This document shows positions 13,239 through 25,030 of a stretch of 64,000 nt of DNA, piece after piece. Position numbers and translations under genes: made by a program. The notes beneath the pieces are model-generated. The model was given only the letters and a program-made list of their open reading frames with translations. It was not told the origin of the DNA and searched no databases. The stretch lies in the NCBI RefSeq assembly GCF_009914755.1, contig NC_060942.1; one strand, written 5' to 3'. This DNA is from the human T2T-CHM13v2.0 reference genome, Homo sapiens. Every line of letters starts with the position of its first letter. Within the stretch, counting starts at the first letter, position 1.

Positions 13239-13556
13239 ATATATATATATATATATATATATAGGTATATATATATACACATATATATATACACATATAT
13301 ATACATATATATATACACTTTTTATATGTATACCAACATTTTCTTCTCTGTCGTCTTCTTCTGTGAAATGTGTTAATTTTTAAAAAATATATATATACAT
13401 AAATTTATATTATTTATAATATATAAATATATATAATCTATATATAAAATATATATAAATAATATTTATATATCATATTGAAAATAAATATATATATTTT
13501 CAAATAAGTAACACATTACAGAAGAAGAAGAAGAGGAAGAAGAAGAAGGAGGAGAA
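13239..13556. repeat. (TA)n/(TACA)n microsatellite, AT-rich low complexity and (GAA)n tract
   Basis: Directly visible dinucleotide and trinucleotide runs. Confidence 0.9.
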
Positions 13557-13949
13557 TAAAATATTGATAAGCAGCAAAAAAAGAAAAAATATTATGCATA
13601 ATTATGCCACCCAGAAAAAAGAATTGTTAATATTGTCAGTCCACTGTGAAAACTAGAGTTACTTTTTTCCTCTGCATCAGCATAGAATTTGTCACACAGT
13701 AGGCCTTGAATAGATTTTGAGTAAACAAATATGCATATTCACACTTAAATATATTCACTTCAATAAAAATGGGAAGATAACTCTTTTAAACATTATTCCT
13801 CTTTAAAATTAATAAGTTTCAAAGTGTGTTACTAAAAATACACAATGAGATGTTTTTACAAATGAAAAGATAAGTCTTTAGACAAATTAATTTAGAATAT
13901 TACATTACCAGTGTGAATATATGCAATGATTATTTACATACCAAATCTT

Positions 13950-14035
13950 CTAAAAAGTCCTATATTAAAGAAACCTACTTAATATTGGTTAACTCAGGAT
14001 TTCCCAACCCTATTTGACCACAATTTTTTTTTTGC
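13950..14035. mobile_element. hAT-Charlie (MER103-like) fragment
   Basis: AAAGAAACCTACTTAATATTGGTTAACTCAGGATTTCCCAACCCTATTTGACCAC resembles recalled MER103C. Confidence 0.45.
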
Positions 14036-17000
14036 AAATGAGCTTAATTCTAGAAATATCAACGTTCTCCTTTTCTCTCACATTTCTATCATACAAATCA
14101 TATACTACCCATGACTCTGAAATAGGTAGCTTAATGCCCTCTTTTGACCTCTTGTCCACTGCAGCCACTAATTATTAGATTAAATACAGGCTTCTGATCT
14201 AAAATGAGCAAATCAGAGACTGTCCAAAAAGATTAGAATTTGGACATAGTCGCTCACTTGGAAAACTTTGGAAAATCAAGTGGAAAAACTTGGGGACTGA
14301 GGCCAGTATTTAAAGACAACCATGATGAACAGTATGCAAGCAACAAGGAGAAGCAAAGTCAAAAAGATGGTTGACTATTTGGAGAGAGAGGTTATGTGAT
14401 AACAACACAATTCTCCTGAGCCTGTTCACAATTTAATTCCAAAAATCACTCTCATATTTATATTAAACATGGTTTTTTGTTTATTTTTTTACCAGTCAAC
14501 ACAACCACTGTCATCATTCTAAATTAGTACATATTACACCTGTAAGTACGATAATTTATTTAAGCCACCTCATAATAACTTTTTAACACTCAGATATTTT
14601 CCAGTGTACCTTCTCATTCTGGACTAGTTCAGTTAAAAAAGACACTTGTCTTCAGAATACTTGTTTCTTATACCTCTGTGCCTCACCTATAGAGATGGGG
14701 CAGGTTTGAACTTTTCTACCTTCTTGGTTACAGTTCTTCCTACGTTAATGTAGCAAGCCTCAGGCACTAGTTGTCATGAGGAAAAAGGGAGTCTCTTCTT
14801 TACTTATGGATGTACCTGTATTATCTGAGACTGCCAGGCTTAGTTCTGATATGCTAAAGAGTTTAGAAAATCCCCACTCTCTTGACAAAGCCAGGTTTTC
14901 AAGTTTATTTTCCTGCTGCCAATTTAAACAAACAAACAAAAAATCTCATTTGACAGTCAAAGCTGAAAAATGACTTCCTTGTTTTATAGAGTAATCACGC
15001 AACACAGAGAACTATTTCTTCAAAGAGGGTAGAGAGTAAGGAGAAGGACGTCTCTAGAACAACAATATTTACAGGATATGGAAACATATCTGAAGGATTT
15101 TGATTATTATCTCTATCACATGTAATATATTATAGTTTTGAAGCAATATATGTAGATGAAAGCACAAAATAAGTATGAAAAAATGAAAGAAAAAATGAGA
15201 AAATATAAAATGTCAAGGAAAAGCAGGCAAACCACCAAAATAAGAAAATATTTTAAATGGAGGCATAACTTGTATTAAAATAAAATAAAGCTCTGCAAGG
15301 GAAATAATGTACAGAAGCCTATCGTGTTGGCAAAGATCTAAATATTTAACAAATGCTGACACACAACTTGATTGTTGATATCCAAGTGTTTCTTTAAATT
15401 CAGAAATAAATAAATAATGGATCCTGATATTCTTTATACCAGAATAGAGATGTAAGTCCAATTATTTTGTCAACTTGAACATCTTTACAGATAGATGCCA
15501 AGAAAGGCTTTTAAAGTAAGGAACACAACCCTAGGTTATGATTACATTGTCTTCCAGCAAAACGTACCTGCATGCTTTTGGAAAGCAACATTTTATCTTC
15601 TACCATCATCAAAGTGTCAATAAACCATCCTGTATAAGATGCTAAGCCCCTGGCAGGCACAAGAATGAGATGCTTAAAGACCCATACCACTACTGTATTT
15701 TGCCTCTTTCAATCTTTCATGTGTGGATCACAGAGAGCATTTTTCAGTGTTTTGTGACCTGTTTTTGTAGTTATGTGAACTAGCAACTCCTCCAGATAAT
15801 GTCAGATTCAAAATAAATTCAACCTGGTACATCCTACGGATGCTGCAGCTCACTTATAACTTGTCCAGTCCTCTCTTCTATTAGCTTTTTATAAACACAA
15901 GTGCAGGTGAATTTCTACACCTAAGGGAATAATAACTTATGTTTGCCTGATTCCACAGAGAGTGTTGTACTGTGGTACATTGTAAGTAAAAGAAGAACTG
16001 CTAGGCTGAATATGGTGCTTAACTTTATTATTGATGTACTGAGCACCTTCTGCCACTTTAGCCAATTCATTTACTCATTTATTCCTTTCCTCTTTTGTTC
16101 ATTCATTCCGTCATTTACTTTTTTTATTTTAAAAAATCAAATTTAAAAAATTTGAGTCAAAATATCACAACCTTTCCTCTCAGCCAACTTTTAAGCCAGA
16201 TTAAGGTCTCCAACGTCATAGATTATCAGAAATGGTAGACTGTCTGAAATTTGAACTGAAAATGTATTCTTTATTAAATTTCTTACATATTTGCTGAATT
16301 AACCAAAACCTTACCGTCCCTTCTGCAAACCCTATAATTTCTTTACACTTGAAACATCTTTAACATTTTAATGATATTAACTCATATCAGTTTTAATCTC
16401 AGGATGACATTTTGCAGGATGATATGTAAATAGTAACTATCATGTCTTAAAATATCTGGCACAATGTTTATTCTATACACTAGAGGCAAGGTTTAAAGAA
16501 AGAAACCCCTTGTTGGATCAGAATGTGAGCACAATTTCAAATCTAAGTCTGAAATTTTCAGGGGGATATTCAGGGGACTCTGAAATTAGGCGTTCAAAAT
16601 AATTAAATAATTCTCAGTTGAAATAATTAATTTGTCAAAGGACATATGCTGAGAACTATTCAATTTCTAAACTTCCTGATTTGAGTGTGCTAGAGAAGTA
16701 GATGAAGGAAACCAACAAAGTGTCATCACCTTTTGATAATCATGCCTGGGGTATTTTCCAAAAATTTAAAATTCTATAAGAATGATAGGATGAATTTGGT
16801 AACTCTAATTCCAATAAATCTGCGCTAGAGATTCAAGGTCAACCTTAATTCAGGGGGATATTTTAGAAGTTGGTTGTAAGGTATTAGAAATATTGGCATA
16901 AAATTAGATTTAAGGGCCTCTAAATTTCCGTATAAAATCTAAAATGCAAGTCAGTTTTATTATGATCGTTGTTAATCTAGAATATAAATTATATTATCTA

Positions 17001-17584
17001 TTAATATTTATACAATGAATAGAGCCTAAATGTGGGTGTGAAATAATGCAAATGCAGTATTTAAGTAAAATGAAACCAAAGGCTCAATCTTTCAAATGCA
17101 AATCTAATTAAGTGAATAAATCAGACTAATGGATTATATTTTACCTTGGTAACTAATCTTCGATATGGCTTTGTTTTCTAGCTTAGTTGAAGAATTAGAT
17201 GCCAAAAATATAAATGGACTGTTGAATCACTTTTAAAGTTGAATTTAACTTTATATATATATTACATATATTATATATATTACATATATAACACATATGA
17301 AATATATATTCAGAATTCAGAATCATCTTCTTAAGATATCTGATTATATTTTAAATTACTCTTTTCATACTGTTCCATACTGGTTGATATATCATTTAGT
17401 TGGTTAAAATTATTGCTATTATTTATCTTTTTTTTTTTTTTTTTACTTTTTGTTGTCCCACAGTTAGACTTAGTTGTCCACGACAATAAAATGTCAAGGA
17501 AAACTAATCTCAATTTAATTTTGAGATGACACACATAGGAACATATTTAATTCAAGTGATGTAAGAGATAATTCCAATATGCTA

Positions 17585-17790
17585 CAGTAGTTAAGGCATG
17601 GCCTTTGGATTCAGACACAATAAAGTTTATATTCTGGACCTGACTTTCCATTCTGTTATCTACAATCTCTGAATGCCTCAAAAAACTTCTGTAAGAAACA
17701 CGTGAAAAAAATGTCTAAAGTGCTAAGAATATTTCCAGGCTTATAATAAATAAAGAATGTATATTAGCAGTAAATATCATTATCATTATC
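17585..17790 (+). mobile_element. MIR SINE
   Basis: AGTAGTTAAGGCATGGCCTTTGGATTCAGAC...TAAAGTGCTAAGAA... ending in an (ATT)n-like tail. Confidence 0.6.
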
Positions 17791-17828
17791 AAACTTTCCC
17801 TAAGAGAAGACTCAGTACTTTCTCTCTC

Positions 17829-18123
17829 TTTATTTTTTCTTAAAACAAGGTCTCACTCTGCCACCCAGGCTGGAGTACCGTGGTGTGATCACAGGTCACT
17901 GAAGCCTCAACATTACAGGTTCAAGCAATCCTCCTACCTCAGTTTCCTGAGTAGCTGGTGCTACAGGTTCCCACCACAACATCTGGCTAATTTTTTAATT
18001 ATTTGTAGAGATGGGGTCTTGTCATGTTGTCCAGGCTGGTCATGAACTCCTGGACTCAAGTGTTCCTCCTGGCTCTGCCTCCCAAAGTGCTAGGATTACA
18101 GGTGTCAGCCACCAAGCCCAGTC
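17829..18123 (-). mobile_element. AluJ, diverged
   Basis: Antisense Alu dimer with J-type features (GAACTCCTGGACTCAAG, AAGCAATCCTCC). Confidence 0.95.
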
Positions 18124-18274
18124 TCATTATAAAATTTTAAGAGTTTTTTATTCACCTGAGAATATATTTATTCACAAATTATATACTAATATTATTTTGC
18201 TAATATAATCTGCACATCATAAACAATACAAAAATATATATTAATAAGGGATAGAATGAATTTAGTATAACATT

Positions 18275-18638
18275 ATATATAGGTTTGGTTGTGTCACCAC
18301 CCAAATCTCATCTTGAATTGTAGTTCCCATGGTTTTGATTGTCGTGGGAGGTACCCAGTGGGAGGTGTTTCAATCATGGGGTGGGGGTGTCTTTCCTGTG
18401 CTGTTCTAATGATAGTGAATAAATCTCATGAGATCTGATGGTTCTATAAAGCAAATTTCCCCTACACAGGCTCTCTTGCCTGCCGCCATATTAGACGAGA
18501 CTTTGCTCCTCATTGGCCTTCCACCATGTGTGAGGCCTCCCAGCCATGTGAAACTGTGAGTCAGTTAAACCTCTTTCCTTTATAAATTACCCAGTTTCCA
18601 GTATGTCTTTATTAGCAGTGTGAGAACAGACTAATAGA
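18275..18638 (+). mobile_element. THE1B/C MaLR solo LTR
   Basis: GGTTTGGTTGTGTCACCACCCAAATCTCATCTTGAATTGTAG...GAGAACAGACTAATA. Confidence 0.93.
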
Positions 18639-20190
18639 TATTGCAAGATCAATTTAAACTTTTGATGGTATATTTTTTTATCTCACTAAAAGTATTATTT
18701 ATCCCATTTTAATGAAAGCAATGTGGTTGATTATTTTTCTTTGGAAATCTTGTTTTAATACTTTGAGACATAGCAATTTAAAAATCCAGTTTGAAGTTCA
18801 ATTTATTTTGATACATGATTCATAATCACCATTGTTAAAAAGGTATATTTCATAGTAAAATTTATAAAATAGAAAATATATACTTGGGACAAGTTCACCA
18901 TTAACAACAGTGAATACAAATCTATATTAGAAATAACATTTTTATATTTAGAAATTTTTGGCTAATTTTGTCAAATCTGTTTAGTTTGCCATTACTGTTG
19001 TCTAGTAATGTAGCTGAGGAAAAGTTTATAATATAAATTAAAGTGTCATCTCTGAGGAATCACATTATTAGTATTATTTTCAATTTTGTTTTCTTTTCAG
19101 GAATTTATCTAATCCACTTCTTCACTTTCAGAGGATTAGCTTTAGTTAAGACTAGATAATATAATCCATAAATCCACTTAGCTGGTGACAAATACATTTT
19201 AATCCTTTGCAGATGAGGGTACTGCTGTTTAATCTCTGAATTGTGGAATTTGTAATTTTCCTTGAAGAAACCCATACATACTCCAGCTGATGTTAGAGGA
19301 CATGAGAATTAATCTATACATTAAATATTAGTAAAACTTAATTTTATATGCTAGATTAAATTTAATGGAAATTGCAATGAAACACGTTCTTTCTGTTCAC
19401 CCATGAATGGTCTCGCACCTTCCTTAGGGTTGTGTATCGTCTTTCAAGTTCACTGGTATACAGTTTGTTCCTCTTCCTAAGCCTTCCCGTTGTAACACTA
19501 CTCTTTTAATGGAATACACACATTTCCTAGATTCTGTAAGCAGTTAAATTGGTTCTTTACTGTGACTCTGTAAGATCTCTTGTGTCCATGGCCCAAACAA
19601 AAAACATACAAAGCAGAGTAAGACCCCATAGTGACATAGCATTTTAGCTGTTAACTGGACACTAAGAAGTGAAGAGTGAAAAAAAAGTGTTCTCTTGTTG
19701 TGAATGAATTCAGCAGCTTGTTTGTCTGGATTCTTAGGGACTGGAGAATAAACAACCAAAATAATTTTATTGATAAACAATATAAGTATTTTAAAAGCTC
19801 AATTAACAGCAATTACATGAAAGCAATTCAGAAAAGTGTGTTATAAATTACATTATTTTATGTCCTCAACAAAATGGCAAAATCTGTAAGTCCTGCTAAA
19901 TCTTCCTTTCTGTTTTCCAACATCATTGTCAATGACCAACAGTTTACATCAGTCTGAAGACAATTGATTCTACATTTACAAATCCAAAAAATTATCTAGG
20001 AATTTAGCTCCAAACCCAGTTAAACCCAATCCATGTATACATTTGTACATTTCTCCAAGAACTAGAAATCACAAATTTTAGGATTGTTGAAGCAAAGGGA
20101 CTAGAAATGGAGGAAAACACAATTACCCAATTTTAAAAGGGACAAACATATATGAAAGTAAGTCATATCGAATATAAGATTTGTAAAGTT

Positions 20191-20482
20191 GGCTGGGTAT
20201 GATGGCTCATGCCTGTAAGCCCAGAGCTTTGGGAGGCCGAGGCAGGAAGATCACTTAAGGCCAGGGGTTAGAGATCAGCCTGGGCAATGTAGCAAGACCT
20301 TGTCTCTACAAATTTAAAAAAAATTAGCTGGTCATGGTGGTGTGTTACTGCAGTCTCAGCTACTCAGGAAGCTGAGGTGGTAGGATCACTTCAGCCCAGA
20401 AATTCAATAAGCAATGATCACGCCACTGCACTCCCTCCTGAGCGACAGAGTGAGATCCCATCTCTTAAATTTTTTAAAAAAA
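20191..20482 (+). mobile_element. AluJ, diverged
   Basis: GGCTGGGTATGATGGCTCATGCCTGTAA...CAGCCTGGGCAATGTAGCAAGACC, a J-type dimer. Confidence 0.95.
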
Positions 20483-20996
20483 TTATGTATAAAATTCTTG
20501 CAAAACTGTGTTGCTGAGGCCATCTGGTTACTTCATTGTAAAGAAATAAATGTTTCCAGATTGTTATTCTTATAATAAATGTGAGTTTGAATTGAAAACC
20601 TAAAATTTTATATGAAAACATTAAAGTACTTTTGGAATAAATCGGTATTTTTATATTTTTGTATAGTCATCTTTGCTTGGAACTCTTACTGACAAAGCAA
20701 TTGTCTATTTACATTTTATTTTACTTTTTTATTTGAAGAATTTCTTTTTGTAGAAACCATATTAAAACCAAAATCACCTTGTTTTTACAGGCATCTCTTT
20801 TGAATGCTGCTGTGCTTTACAATGCCTGCCTGCTTCTCATCCTCACCAAGCTCACTCAGCCTCCCTATGAAGGTGGTTCTCATGTTTGTCTAGAAACATT
20901 TTCGAGATTATACCTCGTCCCCACTATAGGGAGGAATTAGGCCCTCATCCTTTAGAATCCCTTTCTACCATGTGCCTGTCTCAGGATTGTTCTTAC

Positions 20997-21319
20997 CAAT
21001 ATCATGTGGTGTTGTATTAGAGCTTAAGAAAAACGATGAGTTAATGGGTGCAGCACACCAACATGGCACATGTATACATATGTAACAAACCTGCCTGTTG
21101 AGCACGTGTACCCTAAAACTTAAAGTATAATAATAATTTTAAAAAATCAGTAATTTACAATTTTGATATTTTCTTCGTTATAAGATTTTTGCACTGATGT
21201 TGATTTTTTAAAAAAATTACATCAAAATATGATTTCTGCTGTTTACTAAGGTTTTTTTTTTTTGGCATTGTCTTCACCTTTGTACCTGAGATAACTAGCT
21301 TCACCTATTCTTGAACCCG
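20997..21319 (-). mobile_element. MER96B (hAT-Tip100) interrupted by a short L1PA
   Basis: TATTAGAGCTTAAG on the left and AAAAATCAGTAAT...AATTTTGATATTTT...TTACTAAGGTTTTT...GGCA on the right are colinear with the recalled antisense MER96B. Degenerate 8-bp TSD GTTCTTAC / CTCTTTAC. Confidence 0.7.
21031..21146 (+). mobile_element. Young L1PA (L1PA3-like) extreme 3' end, severely 5'-truncated
   Basis: GAGTTAATGGGTGCAGCACACCAACATGGCACATGTATACATATGTAACAAACCTG...CCCTAAAACTTAAAGTATAATAATAA. Confidence 0.92.
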
Positions 21320-21475
21320 CTCTTTACCATGTATGGGTCAAATCTCTTTATATGCCTGTCTCCTTTCTATAAACTGAAGACTTTCTGGGAGCAATGGCCA
21401 AGTCTTTGCATCTTCGAATCACCCAGTAGAGTACCAGCATTTTGTAAGTTGTACAGTAAACACTTAATTGAATAC
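21320..21475 (+). mobile_element. L2 3' remnant (left part at ~20850-20996)
   Basis: TGCCTGTCTCC...TATAAACTGAAGACT...TCTTCGAATCACCCAG...CAGTAAACACTTAATTGAAT. Confidence 0.55.
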
Positions 21476-22799
21476 AGCTATACATATGTGCCTTTAAGCC
21501 CTATGTATACTTAAAAAAATCATTCTTAATGAGTTCACTTGGCTATCAAATCTAATTTTTAAAGCCAGGAAAGATGGTCATTATATATACTTGATTTTCA
21601 GGAATGGCATTAATCATATTACTTTTAAAATTCCATTTTCTATGGCATCATACCCAGCTCACATTGACTTCTCTTGCTAGAGAAAATTGTGAACATTCCC
21701 CTAATTGGTCTACCATAACCCATATTATTTTTCAGTTTTTTTTATTAGCTTTATGTCCGATTTAATTGCATTTATTTTAAATGAGCTGTTGCCAAGTATC
21801 ATTAGAGCTTGATCTACATCTCAATAAGGTGTGCAGCAGGGCATATAGGTGGGTCACAGAGTGGATGGAGAAATGGCAGCCTTGCAGAGAATCAGCAGAA
21901 ATGACTAGGTAAAGGCAGGCTTTTTTCAAAAGGAATATAAAAAAAGAGACGAATTAAATTGGAATCTGAAAATGAGGGGATCAGTAGCATAAATTAGGAT
22001 AAAATAGGTGCCTTTGTAATTAGAATTTTCTGCTTTATTATTCTAGGCTCTCAAAACAAAAAGCCTTAATATTAATATTTAACTTGGAAGACTTCCATAT
22101 TTGAGCACATAGCTGATAGTGTAAGTCCTATCCTTGTGAACAAAAGTGGTTAGTATAATGTTCCAAATCAAAATATTTGATAAAAATTTGGTTATGTAAG
22201 TCTATACTAACACATTTATTGCCTGGAATATTTTAATAGATGATAAAATTTATGTTTTGAGCTTCCCTTCCTCAGTGCTTACCTCAAAAATAGAGAATCT
22301 AGTGGTATTATGCTACTCTACGGTTTGTACATATGAAATAAAACTAAAAAAGAGTACATGCAATTATAGATCAATTCATATAATTAGAAAAATAAAATAA
22401 ATGCAATAGTTCTGAATACTTACATAAATCTGTGTATATTATTTCTCTCATATAAATTTTGCCTAAGCATTAGAGTAAAATTTTGACATAATGATCTCAT
22501 TGGTACTATCATTAACATGTATATGTTTGAATATAAAATATACATTATTAGGTATGATATCATAACTACTGTCACATATATTATGTAATAAGTATTTCCT
22601 ATGTAGCAGATGTTGTCCTAACATATATTCTACATATAAGCATACGTAATGTAAGGCAAACCTGGGATTCAAATCCAAAGAAACATTGTGATTTAAAACA
22701 TGAGATACTCCTTTAAACTTTCCTCAACTGTTTGACAATTTATTTCTCCTAGCAGTTTGGGAATTGTGATATGTGAACTCTCCTTTCAAGACTCTTGGC

Positions 22800-23300
22800 C
22801 AATTGTCATCTGTCCTCTGATGAATACATTTTCTGAAAGAAATTTATCTCCTAGTGAAGAGACGTCCATATTTAACAGTTTTAATTGTAGAGAAACTCTT
22901 CCTCATAGTGCCCAGCATTCGTTTTCTTCAAACCTATTCTTGTTTATGTAGGACTTTTCCTTCCTAGGCCACAGAAAATGCTCTAAAGTATTGTTTGTAC
23001 ATCAGACCTTAAAATATTAGAAGCCAGCTATAATTGACTTTTCCTTTCCATCTTAAATTCTTAAACACTTCTAGATCCTTCATCTCCTCTTTAAATGACA
23101 CAATGTGACATTCATTATCTAGTGCAGTTAGGCTTTTCCAGATATTATCCTGTTTTTAATATTTTTAAACCAAAGTTGGCTAAAGTTGAACACCTTACTG
23201 TATGTGTAATCTGCAAGAAGCCATAATTTTAGGAACGAAGTGGTCTAGACACTAGAAACTATATACCTCCAACCAGTTTGCCAAATTCGTTACCGCATTT
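22800..23300 (-). mobile_element. L3/CR1 LINE remnant
   Basis: TAAACACTTCTAGATCCTTCA...TTTTCCAGATATTATCC...TTGAACACCTTACTG resembles the antisense CR1/L3 RT 3' region; highly diverged. Confidence 0.5.
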
Positions 23301-23447
23301 AAGAATTTCCCTTTAATTGTCTGTTATGTTATTTCCACAGTTTATAGTTGCTCTTTGCAGGAAGAAATAAATCCATACTAACTTGTCCAGTTCAGAAGTC
23401 ACAATAAACTTTTAACTTGCTCTGCTTTTATCTATTCTCTGCTATTA

Positions 23448-23480
23448 TTATGTTGTTGCAAAAGTAACTGTGGCTTTTGC
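23448..23480 (+). mobile_element. Solo Hsmar1/MADE1 terminal inverted repeat
   Basis: TTATGTTGTTGCAAAAGTAACTGTGGCTTTTGC vs MADE1 TTAGGTTGGTGCAAAAGTAATTGCGGTTTTTGC; preceded by TA; no partner TIR seen. Confidence 0.8.
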
Positions 23481-24374
23481 ATATGCTTTCTCAAATTAAA
23501 ATCTCAGATGCAACCCTCCTAATTCAAATGTCCTAATTCATCCCCATTTCTTAATATGTTAAACTTCAAACTCCATAGATGAAAATACAAACAATTTTTT
23601 TCTAAATCTGATCCCTGCCCATCTTGAAACCCCTGATATTATCCCACAACCATCTCACACATTAGCATTACACGGTATTGACCATACTCTGAAATGGTGA
23701 GGTCATCCTCTCCTCTCTATTTGTAAGTGCTTTTCTCTTCCCCTCAAACACTCTCCCCTTCTGTGTCATGCAGGTTCCACTTGGAAAATAGAAACAACGT
23801 TTTCATTTTCAATTAGAAACCTCTAATAAAGAGAATCACATACAAAGTATTTGAGAGGCTGAAAGAACAAAAAAGTAAGGTGCATTCATTGATGAAGATA
23901 TCAGTCACCACAAAGAGACCTTACCTGACGTATGCGAGGAGGAATATTCGGAGAAAAAGCAGGTCATTTCACCAATGACCAACTCACCAAAAGGCAATTT
24001 AATAAATGACTCATTTACTGAATGATTTTTTTTTTCCAATTTACTTGTTTCCTGTAACTATTTAGCTTAACCTGACTGGTTTCACATTTACATAGCTTCA
24101 TTTTATGAAATATTTACATTTATTTCAGTCAAGCTCTCTTGCTGTGGCTGGAGATTCAGGGGCAGAGAGGGAAAGAGTCTGTAACTCCTAAAAAGGTATT
24201 CGTAGAAAATATGTCCTTAAATTGTTTTCTTAATATTAATATAATCATCATTAATATGTTATTAATAATGAAATATATGTGATAATTATATATATTCAGA
24301 AACATACTTCCACATTTTTGATGAATATATTTTTGACATATACTAGAATATATTTGGTAAACATATTTTTCTGA

Positions 24375-24687
<313 letters not shown>

Positions 24688-24699
24688 GGAGTATATATT

Positions 24700-25030
24700 A
24701 TTTATAAACCTCAATAATAATATATTAATAAAATATATTAATATATATTTTATTATATTAATATATAATATATAATATATAGTGTGATATATTATATATC
24801 ATATATTATATATTATATTATATATCACATAATATATAATATATGATATAATATATATTATTATATAATATATAATATGATATAATGTATATTATTATAT
24901 AATATATTAATATATATTAATAAAACATATTTGTATATTTTATTAGATTATATATAATATACATTATATTATTATAAATATAATATATTATATATTATAC
25001 ATAATATACTATAATGTATATTGTATTAAT
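24700..25030. repeat. ~330-bp almost pure A/T low-complexity tract
   Basis: Irregular (TA)n/TATAA repeats with very few G or C. Confidence 0.92.

Noticed and set aside
17829-20482. Inverted Alu pair as a strong hairpin substrate
   Set aside because: Both are heavily diverged AluJ copies ~2 kb apart, which is an ordinary arrangement
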